Assembly: GCA_963798485.1 (NCBI GenBank)
Contig: CAWCTR010000030.1
Span: forward strand, 32,001 to 96,000
Direction of reading: 5' to 3'
Length of the DNA stretch: 64,000 nt
From: an uncultured delta proteobacterium
Lineage (GTDB): Bacteria; Desulfobacterota; Desulfomonilia; UBA1062
The notes beneath the pieces are model-generated. The model did not search any database. It was not told the origin of the DNA and saw only the letters and a list, made by a program, of their open reading frames with translations. Below are positions 10,051 to 20,700 of the stretch, piece by piece (the first letter of the stretch is position 1; each line of letters opens with the position of its first letter). Made by a program: the position numbers and the translations under genes.

Positions 10051-10249
10051 TCAAGCATATTTGAGTTTCCCCTTGGGTATCGGAATGGGCCTGCCTTCTT
10101 CCCTTGCCGTATTGATCCACTCTTGTAGGATGATCTCTGCATTTGGCAGCTTCCTGGTATGTCCGACCATCAGCCATACAACCCGGAAGTTCATGTACTT
10201 CTACGATGAAAGCACTGTCATCCTGACTCCAGTAGATGACGGGTTCATA
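10051..10249 (-). pseudogene. hicB: HicB-family antitoxin pseudogene (start lost, one frameshift)
   Basis: Reverse-strand translation YEPVIYWSQDDSAFIVEVHELPGCMADGRTYQEA-[frameshift]-NAEIILQEWINTAREEGRPIPIPKGKLKYA*; no hicA partner seen. Confidence 0.8.
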
Positions 10250-10332
10250 TTAAAGAGACTTGAAAGGAATCTTGCCCGGGATATTGGGAAGAGCAAAGGT
10301 CCGGGGGTTGAGAGATAGCCCAAAAAAAATAA

Positions 10333-10369
10333 CCTTGCAAAATAGGCATGGCATGACTATAGTGCAAGG
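10333..10369 (+). promoter_or_regulatory. Sigma70-type promoter of the ATPase gene, bracketed by an inverted repeat; mRNA probably leaderless
   Basis: TTGCAA(10335)-17 nt-TATAGT(10358); CCTTGCA/TGCAAGG inverted repeat; ATG 8 nt after the -10 box with no SD. Confidence 0.55.
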
Positions 10370-10371
10370 CA

Positions 10372-11619
10372 ATGAAATATAGACCCCGAATTGCTGAAAG
10401 TAAGGTGAAGAACTTCGCGGTCAATTCTAAGGTCGTGCTTGTCACAGGGGCAAGGCAGTCCGGCAAGAGCACATTACTGAAGCATACCTTCTCCGATCAC
10501 AAAGCCATGGTTTTTGATCTTCACTCAGATCTGTATGGAGCGCGCAGAGACCCTGATCTGTTTTTAGACAGTTTTCCTGCACCAATTATCCTTGATGAAA
10601 TACAATATGCACCGGAGCTTACTTCGGCCATAAAAAGAAGGGTGGATGAAACACAGAAGAATGGTCTGTATTTCCTGACAGGCTCACAGAATCTCGGCGT
10701 GGTGAAAACAATCAGGGAGAGCATGGCTGGAAGGGTATTGATTCTGGATCTTCAACCCATGTCGTATTCCGAAGTATCAGGACTTGGAGGGAAAGGATGC
10801 TGGATTGGTGCATACCTTGAAGATCCTGCGTCACTATTATCAAAGAAAAAGGCCTCGCTTAAAAACGGAAATCTTGTGCAGCATCTCTGGAGAGGAGGGC
10901 TTCCCGGTCTTCTCGATCTAGATGATAGTCTGGTGCAGGACTATTTGAGGTCATACGTAGAAACGTATATCCTTCGTGATATCCTTACGCAGGAGAACAT
11001 TCAGGATAGAGAAAAGTTTGTAAGGTTTCTGGGATTATGCGCAGCACTGACCGCACAGGAGATTAACCATTCTCAATTCGGACGGGATGTAGGAATTTCA
11101 CCCAAAACGGTTGAGAGATGGCTGGGCTTGCTTGATAGAACGTATCAGTGGCATGAGTTGTCTCCTTATCACGGCAACACGATCAAGAGGCTAAGCGGAA
11201 AGCGCAAGGGACATTTCAACGATACCGGTCTTGTCTGCCATCTGCAACGCATATCATCCCCTGATGCCCTTCTTGTAAGCACTCTGCTTGGACCAATTTT
11301 TGAGACCTGGGTATTCAATGAAATAAAGAGACAGATGATTGGCCTGCCAAGTCAACCTAACATGTATCACTGGCGTACAACCGGAGGAGCCGAGGTTGAT
11401 ATAATCCTGGAAATCGACGGTAAATATTACCCTATCGAAGTTAAGTCCAGTTCCAATCTGTCAAGATCAGATACGAGCGGTATCCGTGCTTTCAATGAGA
11501 CATACAAAGGGAAATTAAACATAATGACTGGGTTGGTGATCTACGCAGGGCGTGAATGCTATTGGCTCAGAGATAATGTTATAGCTATCCCGTGGAATCT
11601 TATTCTAGAGAACTTATGA
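10372..11619 (+). CDS. AAA+ ATPase (AAA_14) with C-terminal DUF4143 PD-(D/E)xK-like domain
   Basis: Walker A GARQSGKST; Walker B IILDEIQ; LTGSQ; C-terminal EVDIILE...PIEVK. Confidence 0.88.
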   Translation: MKYRPRIAESKVKNFAVNSKVVLVTGARQSGKSTLLKHTFSDHKAMVFDLHSDLYGARRDPDLFLDSFPAPIILDEIQYAPELTSAIKRRVDETQKNGLYFLTGSQNLGVVKTIRESMAGRVLILDLQPMSYSEVSGLGGKGCWIGAYLEDPASLLSKKKASLKNGNLVQHLWRGGLPGLLDLDDSLVQDYLRSYVETYILRDILTQENIQDREKFVRFLGLCAALTAQEINHSQFGRDVGISPKTVERWLGLLDRTYQWHELSPYHGNTIKRLSGKRKGHFNDTGLVCHLQRISSPDALLVSTLLGPIFETWVFNEIKRQMIGLPSQPNMYHWRTTGGAEVDIILEIDGKYYPIEVKSSSNLSRSDTSGIRAFNETYKGKLNIMTGLVIYAGRECYWLRDNVIAIPWNLILENL

Positions 11620-11695
11620 TAAACACAATAATCGAGCGGTGAGGGATCTGATAAAGGCGGGTAGGGAATATGAAAAAGAAGAATCAAGTAAAGAA

Positions 11696-14407
11696 TCATT
11701 CATCCAAAATCCCCCTGATCTTCTTCGATAATTCCGCCATGGTAAAAGGTTTCTGGATGAAACCTTTGCAGCCTTTCCGCATGATCTCCTCTGCATGGCG
11801 GTCAAGACTGTACCCGCTTGAGAGCAGCACCCTGACCGCCGGATTCATTTGTAGCAGAGCCTCAAAGGTTTCTTTCCCGCTGAGATCAGGCATGATCATG
11901 TCAAGAATAACCAGTTCAATCGTATCCCGGTCTTTTTCATAGATCTGTAAACCCTGCCTCCCGCCTTTTGCCGTTATAACCCTATAACCGAGTCCTTCAA
12001 GCATCTTGGATCCAACATCGATGATCATTTCCTCGTCATCTAAAAGGAGTATTGTCCCGTGGCCCATCTGAACTTCGTTATATGATCCGTATTCATTCTC
12101 AACCTCTTTATCCGAGGCCGGGAGATAGATCATGAAGGACGCACCGCAGTTTTTTCCACTCTCCACATTGATATACCCACCATGGTTCTTGACGATTCCA
12201 TATACGGATGCCAGACCGAGACCTGTTCCCCGTCCCCGTTCCTTTGTGGTAAAGAAAGGCTCGAAGATATGTTCTTTGGTCGCCTGGTCCATTCCAACCC
12301 CTGTATCGGTTACCTCCACTTTCACGAATTTTCCCGGGTTTACGTTGTAGGGACGCACATCCGTCTCGCCAAGCATGACATTCTCAACGGAAAGATACAG
12401 TTCACCTCCGCCCGGCATGGCCTGCCAGGCATTCACATACAGGTTGAGGAGTACCTGCTCCATCTGTCCTCGGTCTACCTCCACGGTCCAGAGTCCCTCC
12501 TGGACCTTGTGATGTATGCGAATCTCCTTCTTGGCCCGGCCGAACATCTCTGAGCTCTTTCGGATAAACTCACCGAGATGGGTGGGCTTTACCTCATACT
12601 TCCCGCCCCTTGCAAATCCAAGCAGCTGTTTCGTGAGTTCAGAGCCGCGTTGTACATATTCCTCAATATTTTTCAGTCGTTCGAGAAGAGGATTTCTTTC
12701 ATCCATATTCATGAGGACCAACGATGCATTTCCCAGAATCCCCGTAAGCAGGTTATTGAAGTCATGAGCAATACCACCTGCCAATGTTCCTATTGACTCC
12801 ATTCTCTGTGCTTGATTGAGTCTAGCCTCAAGGTCCACCCTATCCCATTCAGCCTGCTTGCGCTGGGTAATGTCCCGACAAATATAAACGCAGCCGAAAG
12901 GGGTGCCGTCTTCATTCCGCAATACATCCCCATTCACCTCGAAGGGGATTTTCCTTCCATCTTTCATTATCAGTTGATATTCTTCCGGACTCAGCTTTCT
13001 TTCCGTCATGAGAGGCATATTCTGAATCGCCAAATTTTGGTCTTCAGGAGCAATGAACATGAGAATATTCTGACCTTCTATTTCTTTTCGGCTGTAACCG
13101 CTTATATGGAGGGTAAGGTTATTTACAAAGAAGATCTTTCCATCGAGATCGGTACGGACAATAATATCAGGGATGGTATCGACCAGCCTTGTATATAATT
13201 CCTCACTCTCTCTCAGTGCCTCCTCCGCCCGCCTGCGCTCAGTGAGGTCAATAGCCACGCTTACAAGGCGTGGGACACCCAGGATCGATACAATCTCAGC
13301 GGAGAACAACATGGTATAGATCTTGCCGGACCTTGATTGAAACAGGATTTCCTCTTCAACAACCCTGCCCCCGTCCTTAAGGATCTGTCTTACCCTTTCA
13401 TGCTCTTCCCTTTTGACCCATATGCCCAGGCCCAGAGATGTGTGGCCGATAACTTCATCCCTGGTGTATTCCGATAACCTGAGAAAATAATCGCTTACCT
13501 CCACGTATCTGCCATCAGCGAAGTTTGAAATGGTAATGACGACAGGGACAAGGTGGAAGGCTGTTGAATACTTCTCTTCGGATTGTTGAAGAAGCTGGTG
13601 TGCGGTAAGCAGTTTCTGTTGAGCCTTCAGGAGCTCTATATTGGCTTCTTCCTTTTTATCGATTGTGGATTTGATCTCCTTGTTGATTTTCTCAAGTTCT
13701 TCATTCTGCCGGCGTATGGTTTCTTCAGCCAGTTTACGCTCGGTGACTTCTTTCTGAAGGGATACATTTGTTGCCAGCAGAACCTCGCTTTCTCGTGAGA
13801 GTTTCTCCCGCAGATCCCGTTGGTGGGAAAATGATGTGTTGAGCCTTGATAAAAGTAAGCTCACGGGTATACTTGCAACGAGGGAAACGAGAGAAATATT
13901 GACAACATAAATGATCCACTTCCCTACGGGTTCCCTATAAACCGTGACCCAGGAATGCAGGTTCGGCCCTATGAACCAGTACAGAATTATGAGGAGTGCC
14001 GCATTAATCCCTATGGAAGTTAAGGCTGCCGGCACTCCGAATAAGAGCGCAGCAGTGACTGCACAAAAAACAAGCCAGCTGGGACGTGCATAGAACGGGC
14101 CTAGGGATATATAAAATGAGAGAACCATTATATAAAGAAACGAAAAGAACAATATTCCCCGGGCAAGTGGATTTCTGATATAAAATAAGACAAGCAGGAA
14201 AATACATACCCCTATTTCTAGGGCGATGATCCCGAAATTCTTCTCGGAAATATAAGTGGGAAGAGTTGCCACAAGGGGGAAAGGGAGGAGGAGCAGAGAC
14301 AGGAACAGCATGAGGTCGAAATAATAGTTCCTCCATCCCGCTAAATCGGAGAATTCATCTATTCCTTTTTTATACCAGAGTCTCTCAATCCAGGCCTCTA
14401 ACCTCAT
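11696..14407 (-). CDS. Membrane-bound hybrid sensor histidine kinase/response regulator with PAS domains
   Basis: N-terminal transmembrane segments; two PAS/PAC; H-box GGIAHDFNNLL; FEPFFTTK...GTGLGL; C-terminal receiver (LDDE, DMIMP, IQKPF). Confidence 0.92.
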   Translation of the reverse strand: MRLEAWIERLWYKKGIDEFSDLAGWRNYYFDLMLFLSLLLLPFPLVATLPTYISEKNFGIIALEIGVCIFLLVLFYIRNPLARGILFFSFLYIMVLSFYISLGPFYARPSWLVFCAVTAALLFGVPAALTSIGINAALLIILYWFIGPNLHSWVTVYREPVGKWIIYVVNISLVSLVASIPVSLLLSRLNTSFSHQRDLREKLSRESEVLLATNVSLQKEVTERKLAEETIRRQNEELEKINKEIKSTIDKKEEANIELLKAQQKLLTAHQLLQQSEEKYSTAFHLVPVVITISNFADGRYVEVSDYFLRLSEYTRDEVIGHTSLGLGIWVKREEHERVRQILKDGGRVVEEEILFQSRSGKIYTMLFSAEIVSILGVPRLVSVAIDLTERRRAEEALRESEELYTRLVDTIPDIIVRTDLDGKIFFVNNLTLHISGYSRKEIEGQNILMFIAPEDQNLAIQNMPLMTERKLSPEEYQLIMKDGRKIPFEVNGDVLRNEDGTPFGCVYICRDITQRKQAEWDRVDLEARLNQAQRMESIGTLAGGIAHDFNNLLTGILGNASLVLMNMDERNPLLERLKNIEEYVQRGSELTKQLLGFARGGKYEVKPTHLGEFIRKSSEMFGRAKKEIRIHHKVQEGLWTVEVDRGQMEQVLLNLYVNAWQAMPGGGELYLSVENVMLGETDVRPYNVNPGKFVKVEVTDTGVGMDQATKEHIFEPFFTTKERGRGTGLGLASVYGIVKNHGGYINVESGKNCGASFMIYLPASDKEVENEYGSYNEVQMGHGTILLLDDEEMIIDVGSKMLEGLGYRVITAKGGRQGLQIYEKDRDTIELVILDMIMPDLSGKETFEALLQMNPAVRVLLSSGYSLDRHAEEIMRKGCKGFIQKPFTMAELSKKIRGILDE

Positions 14408-14441
14408 ATCTCCCCCAAGGGATACCTCCTTTTCTTTTGTT

Positions 14442-14470
14442 AAAAAAAGGAGGGCTATTGCAGCCCTCCC
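14442..14470 (-). terminator. Intrinsic terminator on the minus strand, upstream of the hybrid kinase gene
   Basis: Minus strand GGAGGGCT-GCAAT-AGCCCTCC followed by seven T. Confidence 0.7.
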
Positions 14471-14521
14471 ATGAGGAGGTTATTCGTGATGTGAGTTTAG
14501 GAGGTTCCATTCCTGATGTTG
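14442..14521 (-). ncRNA. Candidate sigma54-dependent small RNA or leader RNA (~80 nt)
   Basis: Lies between a GG-N10-GC promoter and a terminator; no plausible ORF; two AACCUCCU motifs. Confidence 0.45.
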
Positions 14522-14531
14522 TAAACAAACC

Positions 14532-14547
14532 TGCACAACACGTGCCA
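14532..14547 (-). promoter_or_regulatory. Sigma54 (-24/-12) promoter
   Basis: Minus strand TGGCACGTGTTGTGCA fits TGGCAC-N5-(T/G)TGCA with exact GG-N10-GC spacing. Confidence 0.6.
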
Positions 14548-14671
14548 GGGAAAAGCATTGTGATATCAAACAGATTTTAGGCGTGATTGTTGTAATTTAG
14601 CCACATATGGTCATATAAAAGATAATATCACATAGTAATTGCACACATAATATGTGAAACGAGGTGTGAAT

Positions 14672-14761
14672 ATGGCAAACATTACGCTTTCTCTGGATGA
14701 CGAGTTGATAAAAGCGGGCAGGGAATATGCTAAGAAGAATCAGGGCACCTCTCTGAAATGA
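14672..14761 (+). pseudogene. Truncated ribbon-helix-helix antitoxin/CopG-like gene (DUF6364-like)
   Basis: MANITLSLDDELIKAGREYAKKNQGTSLK* after GAGGTG; upstream palindrome CACATAATATGTG (14644-14656); ends before the second helix. Confidence 0.6.
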
Positions 14762-14766
14762 GACTC

Positions 14767-17700
14767 TCAGGTGACTGCAGCGGGTATTTTCACCTCGACC
14801 TTGTGTTCCTGGTGGTCGTCAACAAGGGGGATCGCCTTGTCTGGTTGACCCTGTCCATCGACTTCCACACGTATCTCGCCGGCTACATCGTGTGTTTGCA
14901 CGACATTGATGTGATAGATCGTCTCCCGATACCGGTAAAGGACCTTGAATGTATCCCAACCCTTAATGGGGAGGCATGGGGTAAAACGCAGTTTGTCCAC
15001 ATCAAGTTTGAGACCCAGGAGCGATTCCACGATCAGCCGGTACATCCAGGCAGCCGAGCCCGTGTACCACGTCCAGCCGCCGCGGCCGGTATGCGGGGAA
15101 AGCGCATAGACATCGGCGGCGACAACATATGGTTCGACTTTATAAGTGCCGGCTTCGCCGGCGGACCTGGCATGATTTATCGGATTGATCATGGCAAACA
15201 GTTCCCAAGCCCGAGGGCTATCGCCTAACGCGGCGAATGCCATGGTCGCCCAGATTGCCCCATGGGTGTACTGCCCCCCATTCTCCCTCACACCCGGGAC
15301 GTATCCTTTTATATAGCCGGGATTCAAATCCGATTTGTCAAACGGCGGGTATAGGAGCCGGATCAGTGAATGCTCCCTGTCAATGAGCTGCTTATCAAAC
15401 GCTTCCATTGCCAGGCGAGAGCGAACGGGATCGCCTGCTCCTGATAGAACCGACCAGCTTTGGGCAATCGAATCAATCCGGCATTCGGGATTGCTCGCCG
15501 ATCCAAGCGGCGTTCCATCGTCAAAGAATGCGCGGCGGTACCACTGCCCATCCCAGCCGTTCCGCTCGATATTTTCACGAAGCACCTGGGCCTCCTGAAG
15601 GCAGCGTTCGGCAAAGGACAGGTCGAGAGTCCTGCGGGCTACCTCACGGAACTGCATAAGCACATCATACAGGAAAAAGGCCAGCCAGACACTTTCACCT
15701 TTGCCGTGTTCGCCCACAAGGTTCATACCGTCATTCCAGTCACCGGAACCCATGAGCGGCAGGCCATGCTCACCAAAATCGAGGCCTTTGACGATGGCCC
15801 GGACACAGTGTTCATACAGACCGGCTACGACCCCGGATTGTGCCGGCAGATCGTAATATGAGTCCTCGTCCGTGTTTACCGGACGGCCTTCTATGAAGCC
15901 CACGGGTTCATCCAGTACACCGGTATCACCGGTGGAGAGGACGTAACGGCAGGTAGCCATAACGAGCCAGAGAAAATCGTCCGAACAATGTGTGCGCACT
16001 CCCCGGCCTAACGGGGGATGCCACCAATGCTGGACATCTCCCTCCTTAAACTGGCGTGCCGCGCACTTGAGGAGATGCTCGCGCACGAGGTGCGGCTGCG
16101 TGTGAATGAGCGCCATCACGTCCTGCAACTGGTCGCGGAAACCGAATGCCCCTCCGGACTGGTAATAACCGCTCCGTGCCCAGAGGCGGCAGACAAGCGT
16201 CTGGTATAAAAGCCAGCCGTTTGCCATGATGTTCACCGCCATGTCGGGTGTTTCCACCTGTATTGCACCGAGCGTGTGGTTCCAGTACTGCCAGAGGGTT
16301 TCAAGCTCGCCGCGCGCGGCCGCAGAACCGCGGAAGCGATGAACCAGGTTGACGGTATCATCGGCATCTTGCCCTGTGCCGAGCCTGAAGATGATCTCAC
16401 GCTCCTGGCCGTCTGCAAGCTCGAAGGGAACCTGGATGGCGGCGCAGGGATCGAGGGCAGCCCCTACTTTATTGGAAAGCCGCATCCTCTTTAGGGCAGC
16501 CGGATTTTTGAGCGTGCCGCCACGTCCGATGAACTCCGTTCGATCGCCGCTTACGCTCCGGGTCATATCATCCACATCGAAGAAGGCGATCCGGCCGGGG
16601 AACTCAGTGTTGTAAGGGTTCCGGGCAAACAGGGCGCCGCTTGCCGGGTCGATCTCGGTAATCACATGCATGGCCGATTTCGGCCTCAGGTCTCCGAGCA
16701 CCCACTCAACGTAACCCGTCACAGAGAGCCGGCGGCTTCGGCCCGACTCGTTTCGCACTTTGAGTACGGTGAACTTGACCGGTGCGTCCAGTGCCACGTA
16801 AATCCACACCTCTGAGCGGATGCCGCGCTCCGTATGCTCAAAGACGCTGTAGCCGAATCCATGCCGGGTGACGTAAGGCATGGCCCCTTGGCTTGGCAGC
16901 GGCATGGGCGACCAGAAGTGGCCGCGCTCTTCATCACGAAGGTAAAACGCCTCTCCGCTTGAATCGCCCACGGGATCGTTGTTCCACGGAGTGAGGCGGA
17001 ACTCGTGGGCATTTTCGCTCCAGGTGTAGGCAACCCCGCTCTCTGAGACGATGGTCCCAAAGTGCGGATTCGCCAGCACATTCACCCACGGCGCCGGTGT
17101 CACCTGATCTTGGGCTGTGGTAATTACGTACTCTTTCCCGTCAGGGGTGAATCCTCCGATCCCATTGAAGAAGTTCAGATCATGGCGAGGTAGCGCTCCA
17201 ACTGTCTTTGGTTCAAGGCGGTGTGTCCGGGTCGGGATAAGATACGGCAAGGCTGGTTCGACGATGCCTCGCCGGTAGAGCTGTTCCGCCAGGGCCCCCC
17301 GGCTGTCCGTAATGATGGCACGGGCAACCGTTTGGAAGAGGATGCGGTCTTCGTTCGATATCTGCTCGGCGAGCCTTACAAAGATGCCTCCCGGCCGGTC
17401 AGTCACGTTGACTTCGATGCCTGCGGCAATGAGCCCCATGATCTGGTCGTGCAGAAGTTGCCGGTACCCGGCGTGATCTTCGTTCCATATCACCAGGTCC
17501 ACGGTCAGTCCTTTTAAACGCCAGTACGCGTGGGCCTGGACGAGTTGGCGTACCAGTTCAATATTGGATGGATCTTTGATCTTAAGCAGCACAATGGGGA
17601 AATCGCCTGAAATGGCGTAGCCCCAAAGGCCGGATTGCCCGCGATTGTTTTTGATGAGGAGGCTTGTCTCGGCCCGCAGCGACGAATTGGCATAGATTAC

Positions 17701-20700
17701 GGAACCGGCAAGGCGTCCATAGAGCTGTGCGTCTGCTTCCGTGATATTGAGCTGCCGCAGGGTCACCTGAGAGTGTGTCCACGCCAGATCGAAAACGCGA
17801 TCCGCGAGACGACGGTCCGGGTATTTTTCTATAAGACTCAACGCTGAGTCCCTTGTTTCACCGACACCGGTGACCATATCGATCGTGGCCGATTTTCCCG
17901 GATCGAGCATGATCAGGTGCCGGATCGCGACAATCGGATCGAGCACGGAGCCGTCGCTGCCCGAGAGCGCAGCAGATCCCCTCAATGCCTGAGGAAAGGC
18001 AAGGGTGTTAGTGCGGCCGATGAACCGCATGCGGTCGGTCTCATAGGAAACTTCTCCGGTATCCACCCCGTGCACGGCCATCAGGTGAAACATCCACGGA
18101 ACCGGCTCATCCTTGGAGCGTCTCCGGCGCGTACAGAGGATCGCACGGTGTTGGTGGAGGATCTCGGTCTGGACAAAGAGGTTGCTGAACGCCGGATGCA
18201 ACGCATCAGTGGCAGCAGGTGCGAGGACGACTTCCGTGTAACTCGTCACCTCGATCTCTCTGTGCCTGCGCGAACGGTTGGTGATGCGGACCCGGCGCAA
18301 CTCGATATCATCCTCAGGAGAGACGGCGATCTCGGTATGCATGTCGATATCATTGTCGCGGCGGCGAAACTCTGCACGACCCTCTGAGAAGATCACCTCA
18401 TAGAACTTCGGTTGTTTCAGGGTCGGCTGGTAGGTACTTGACCAAAACTCCTCGCTTTCCCTATCCCGGATGTAACAGAATGTTCCCCAGTTATCGCTGG
18501 TAGTGTCTTCGCGCCATCGTGTGACTGCGATGTCTTTCCAGCGGCTGTAGCCGCCTCCCGAATTCGTGATCATAACGTGGTATCTGCGGTTCGATAACAA
18601 CTGAACTTCAGGAACCGGTGTGTCCGGGGTACTGAGGACACGTACCGGGGTCTCCGGACCAACGGGAGTCGTGCGTAGATCTGAGAGCTCCGTGGTGTGC
18701 GAATAGAACGCCGTGGCCTTGGGAACACGCTCCTGAAGCAAAAGTGTTGTTGAGCGGAAAAGCGGATCAGACTCGAATCGTTGCTGCATCGGATGGTCCA
18801 TGAGGATATAGTCCAGGGCCAGGAGGCTCATGCCCTGGTGATGTGCCATGAAGGACCGGACCACGGCGTAGGGTTGCCCGCGCGTCTGACGTGAAGGCGT
18901 GTAGTCGATTGCTTCAAAAAGTCCGAATCTTCCCGCAAACCCCTGCCCGGCGAGTCGCTGCAGATTTAGGCACGCCGCCTCAGGCGCCACCATCAGCGCC
19001 AGCGCCGAGGCATAGGGTGTAATGACAATATCCTCGGCAAGACCGCGTTTGAGCCCCAGGCCGGGTACGCCGAATGCGCGGTACTGGTAGTTAAGATGAA
19101 CATCAACCATGTTGTATCCGGATTCCGAAATACCCCACGGGACCCCTCGGTGCTTCCCATACTCGATCTGTCTGGCTACTGCCGCCTTGTAGGTCCGGTC
19201 GAGCAGGGTGTTTTCGTATGTCGGCATTACAAGAAGCGGCATGAGGTACTCGAACATCGAGCCGTCCCAGGAGAGAAGAACCGGATCTCCGCCGACATTT
19301 GTGAGAAGGCGTCCCAGGGCGAACCAGGACTCCTGAGGCAGTTGTCCCTGGGCAATCGCCACGAAACATGACAATCGTGCCTCCGAAGCCAGCAGGTCGT
19401 AGAAACTCGAATCCCGCCGGTCCTCCCCGACGTTGTACCCGATCGAGAGCAGATGACGCGCCTTGTCGTACAGGAAGCCATACTCCATGTTAGCCAGTTC
19501 GTTTAATTGCCGGGCAAGGGTGGCGATCGTTGCTATTCTCTCTTGGGCACGACTGCTTGCTTCACTGATGAGATCTCGAAGCTGGAGAAGCCAAAGTGTT
19601 TCCCCGGGCGTCTCGTACGCCGCTTGTAGTCGGCTGATTTCCGGTAGTAACTCCTTATCGAGCCTTGCCAGTTCGGCGAGTGTCGGGATTTCTCCGATGA
19701 TCTTGAAATCACTGAGCCGCTCGGGTACGCCAGGAAGCGCTGTCCACGGGGCGAGAAATGTCAGCTCATCCAACGCGTTGCGGCATTGCCGGGCTATGGC
19801 TGACGCCCACCACTTCGCTTCGCTCTCAGGCCCGGCAGCCAGCGGGCGGACCAGATCCTCGGCGAACGCCGTCAACCTCTCAATGCAGAGCCGTACCGCA
19901 GAGAGCGTAACCGGCCGGGAGAGGGTTGCAGAGGCCAGATCACTCTGAAACCCTGTGAGCGTGGCTGAAGCGTCTTCCCCTGCATCCTCCATGATGATAC
20001 CGAGTATGTCGCTTAACCCTTCAAACATCTGCGGACTCACTATCTTGTGACCGGGAAGCGCAAGCAGGCCCGAGCGCAATGTCAGCAGGTGAGCCCCGAG
20101 GTTCCCGCTGTCCACCGAAGAGATGTACAGAGGCGGCTGCGGATTCAAGGACTGCGTGTCATACCAGTTGTAGAAGTGGCCCTGGTAGCGTTCCAAGGCC
20201 TCCATGGTCCGGATTGCGTTCGCTGTGCGATTAAGGACATGTCCGAGCGGGATATAGCCGAAGTCATATGCGGTAAGGTTCGCAAGAAGTGCAATGCCCA
20301 TGTTGGTGGGCGATGTGCGATGTGCAACCGGAGCAGGGCGATTCTCCTGATAACTGTCAGGCGGCAGCCAATGATCCTCCGGGCCGACGAATGTTTCGAA
20401 AAATGCCCAGGTCTTTCGGGCGATCTTCCTTAGAAAGATCGTCTGATCGACGCTCAGCTGTGCTTCCGGAAGAGCGAAGGGCCGGCTGATCCACCACGCG
20501 ACAGCAGGTGAGGCAAACCAGAGGCCCAGTATGGGCCAGGCATAAACCAATGATGCCGGTCTCGAAAGTGCGAGCCGGATAATTGCGGCAATGGAAAGAC
20601 AAGGGGCTAGCCACATGGTCCGGCACGAACCGAGAAGGTTCGTGCGGCTATCCGGGTTGCCCGAAGTATTCCATTCGAGCAATCGTTTGCGGGCGATCAG

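Noticed and set aside
9977-10318. 113-aa plus-strand ORF
   Set aside because: Mostly the antisense of the hicB pseudogene plus repeat sequence.
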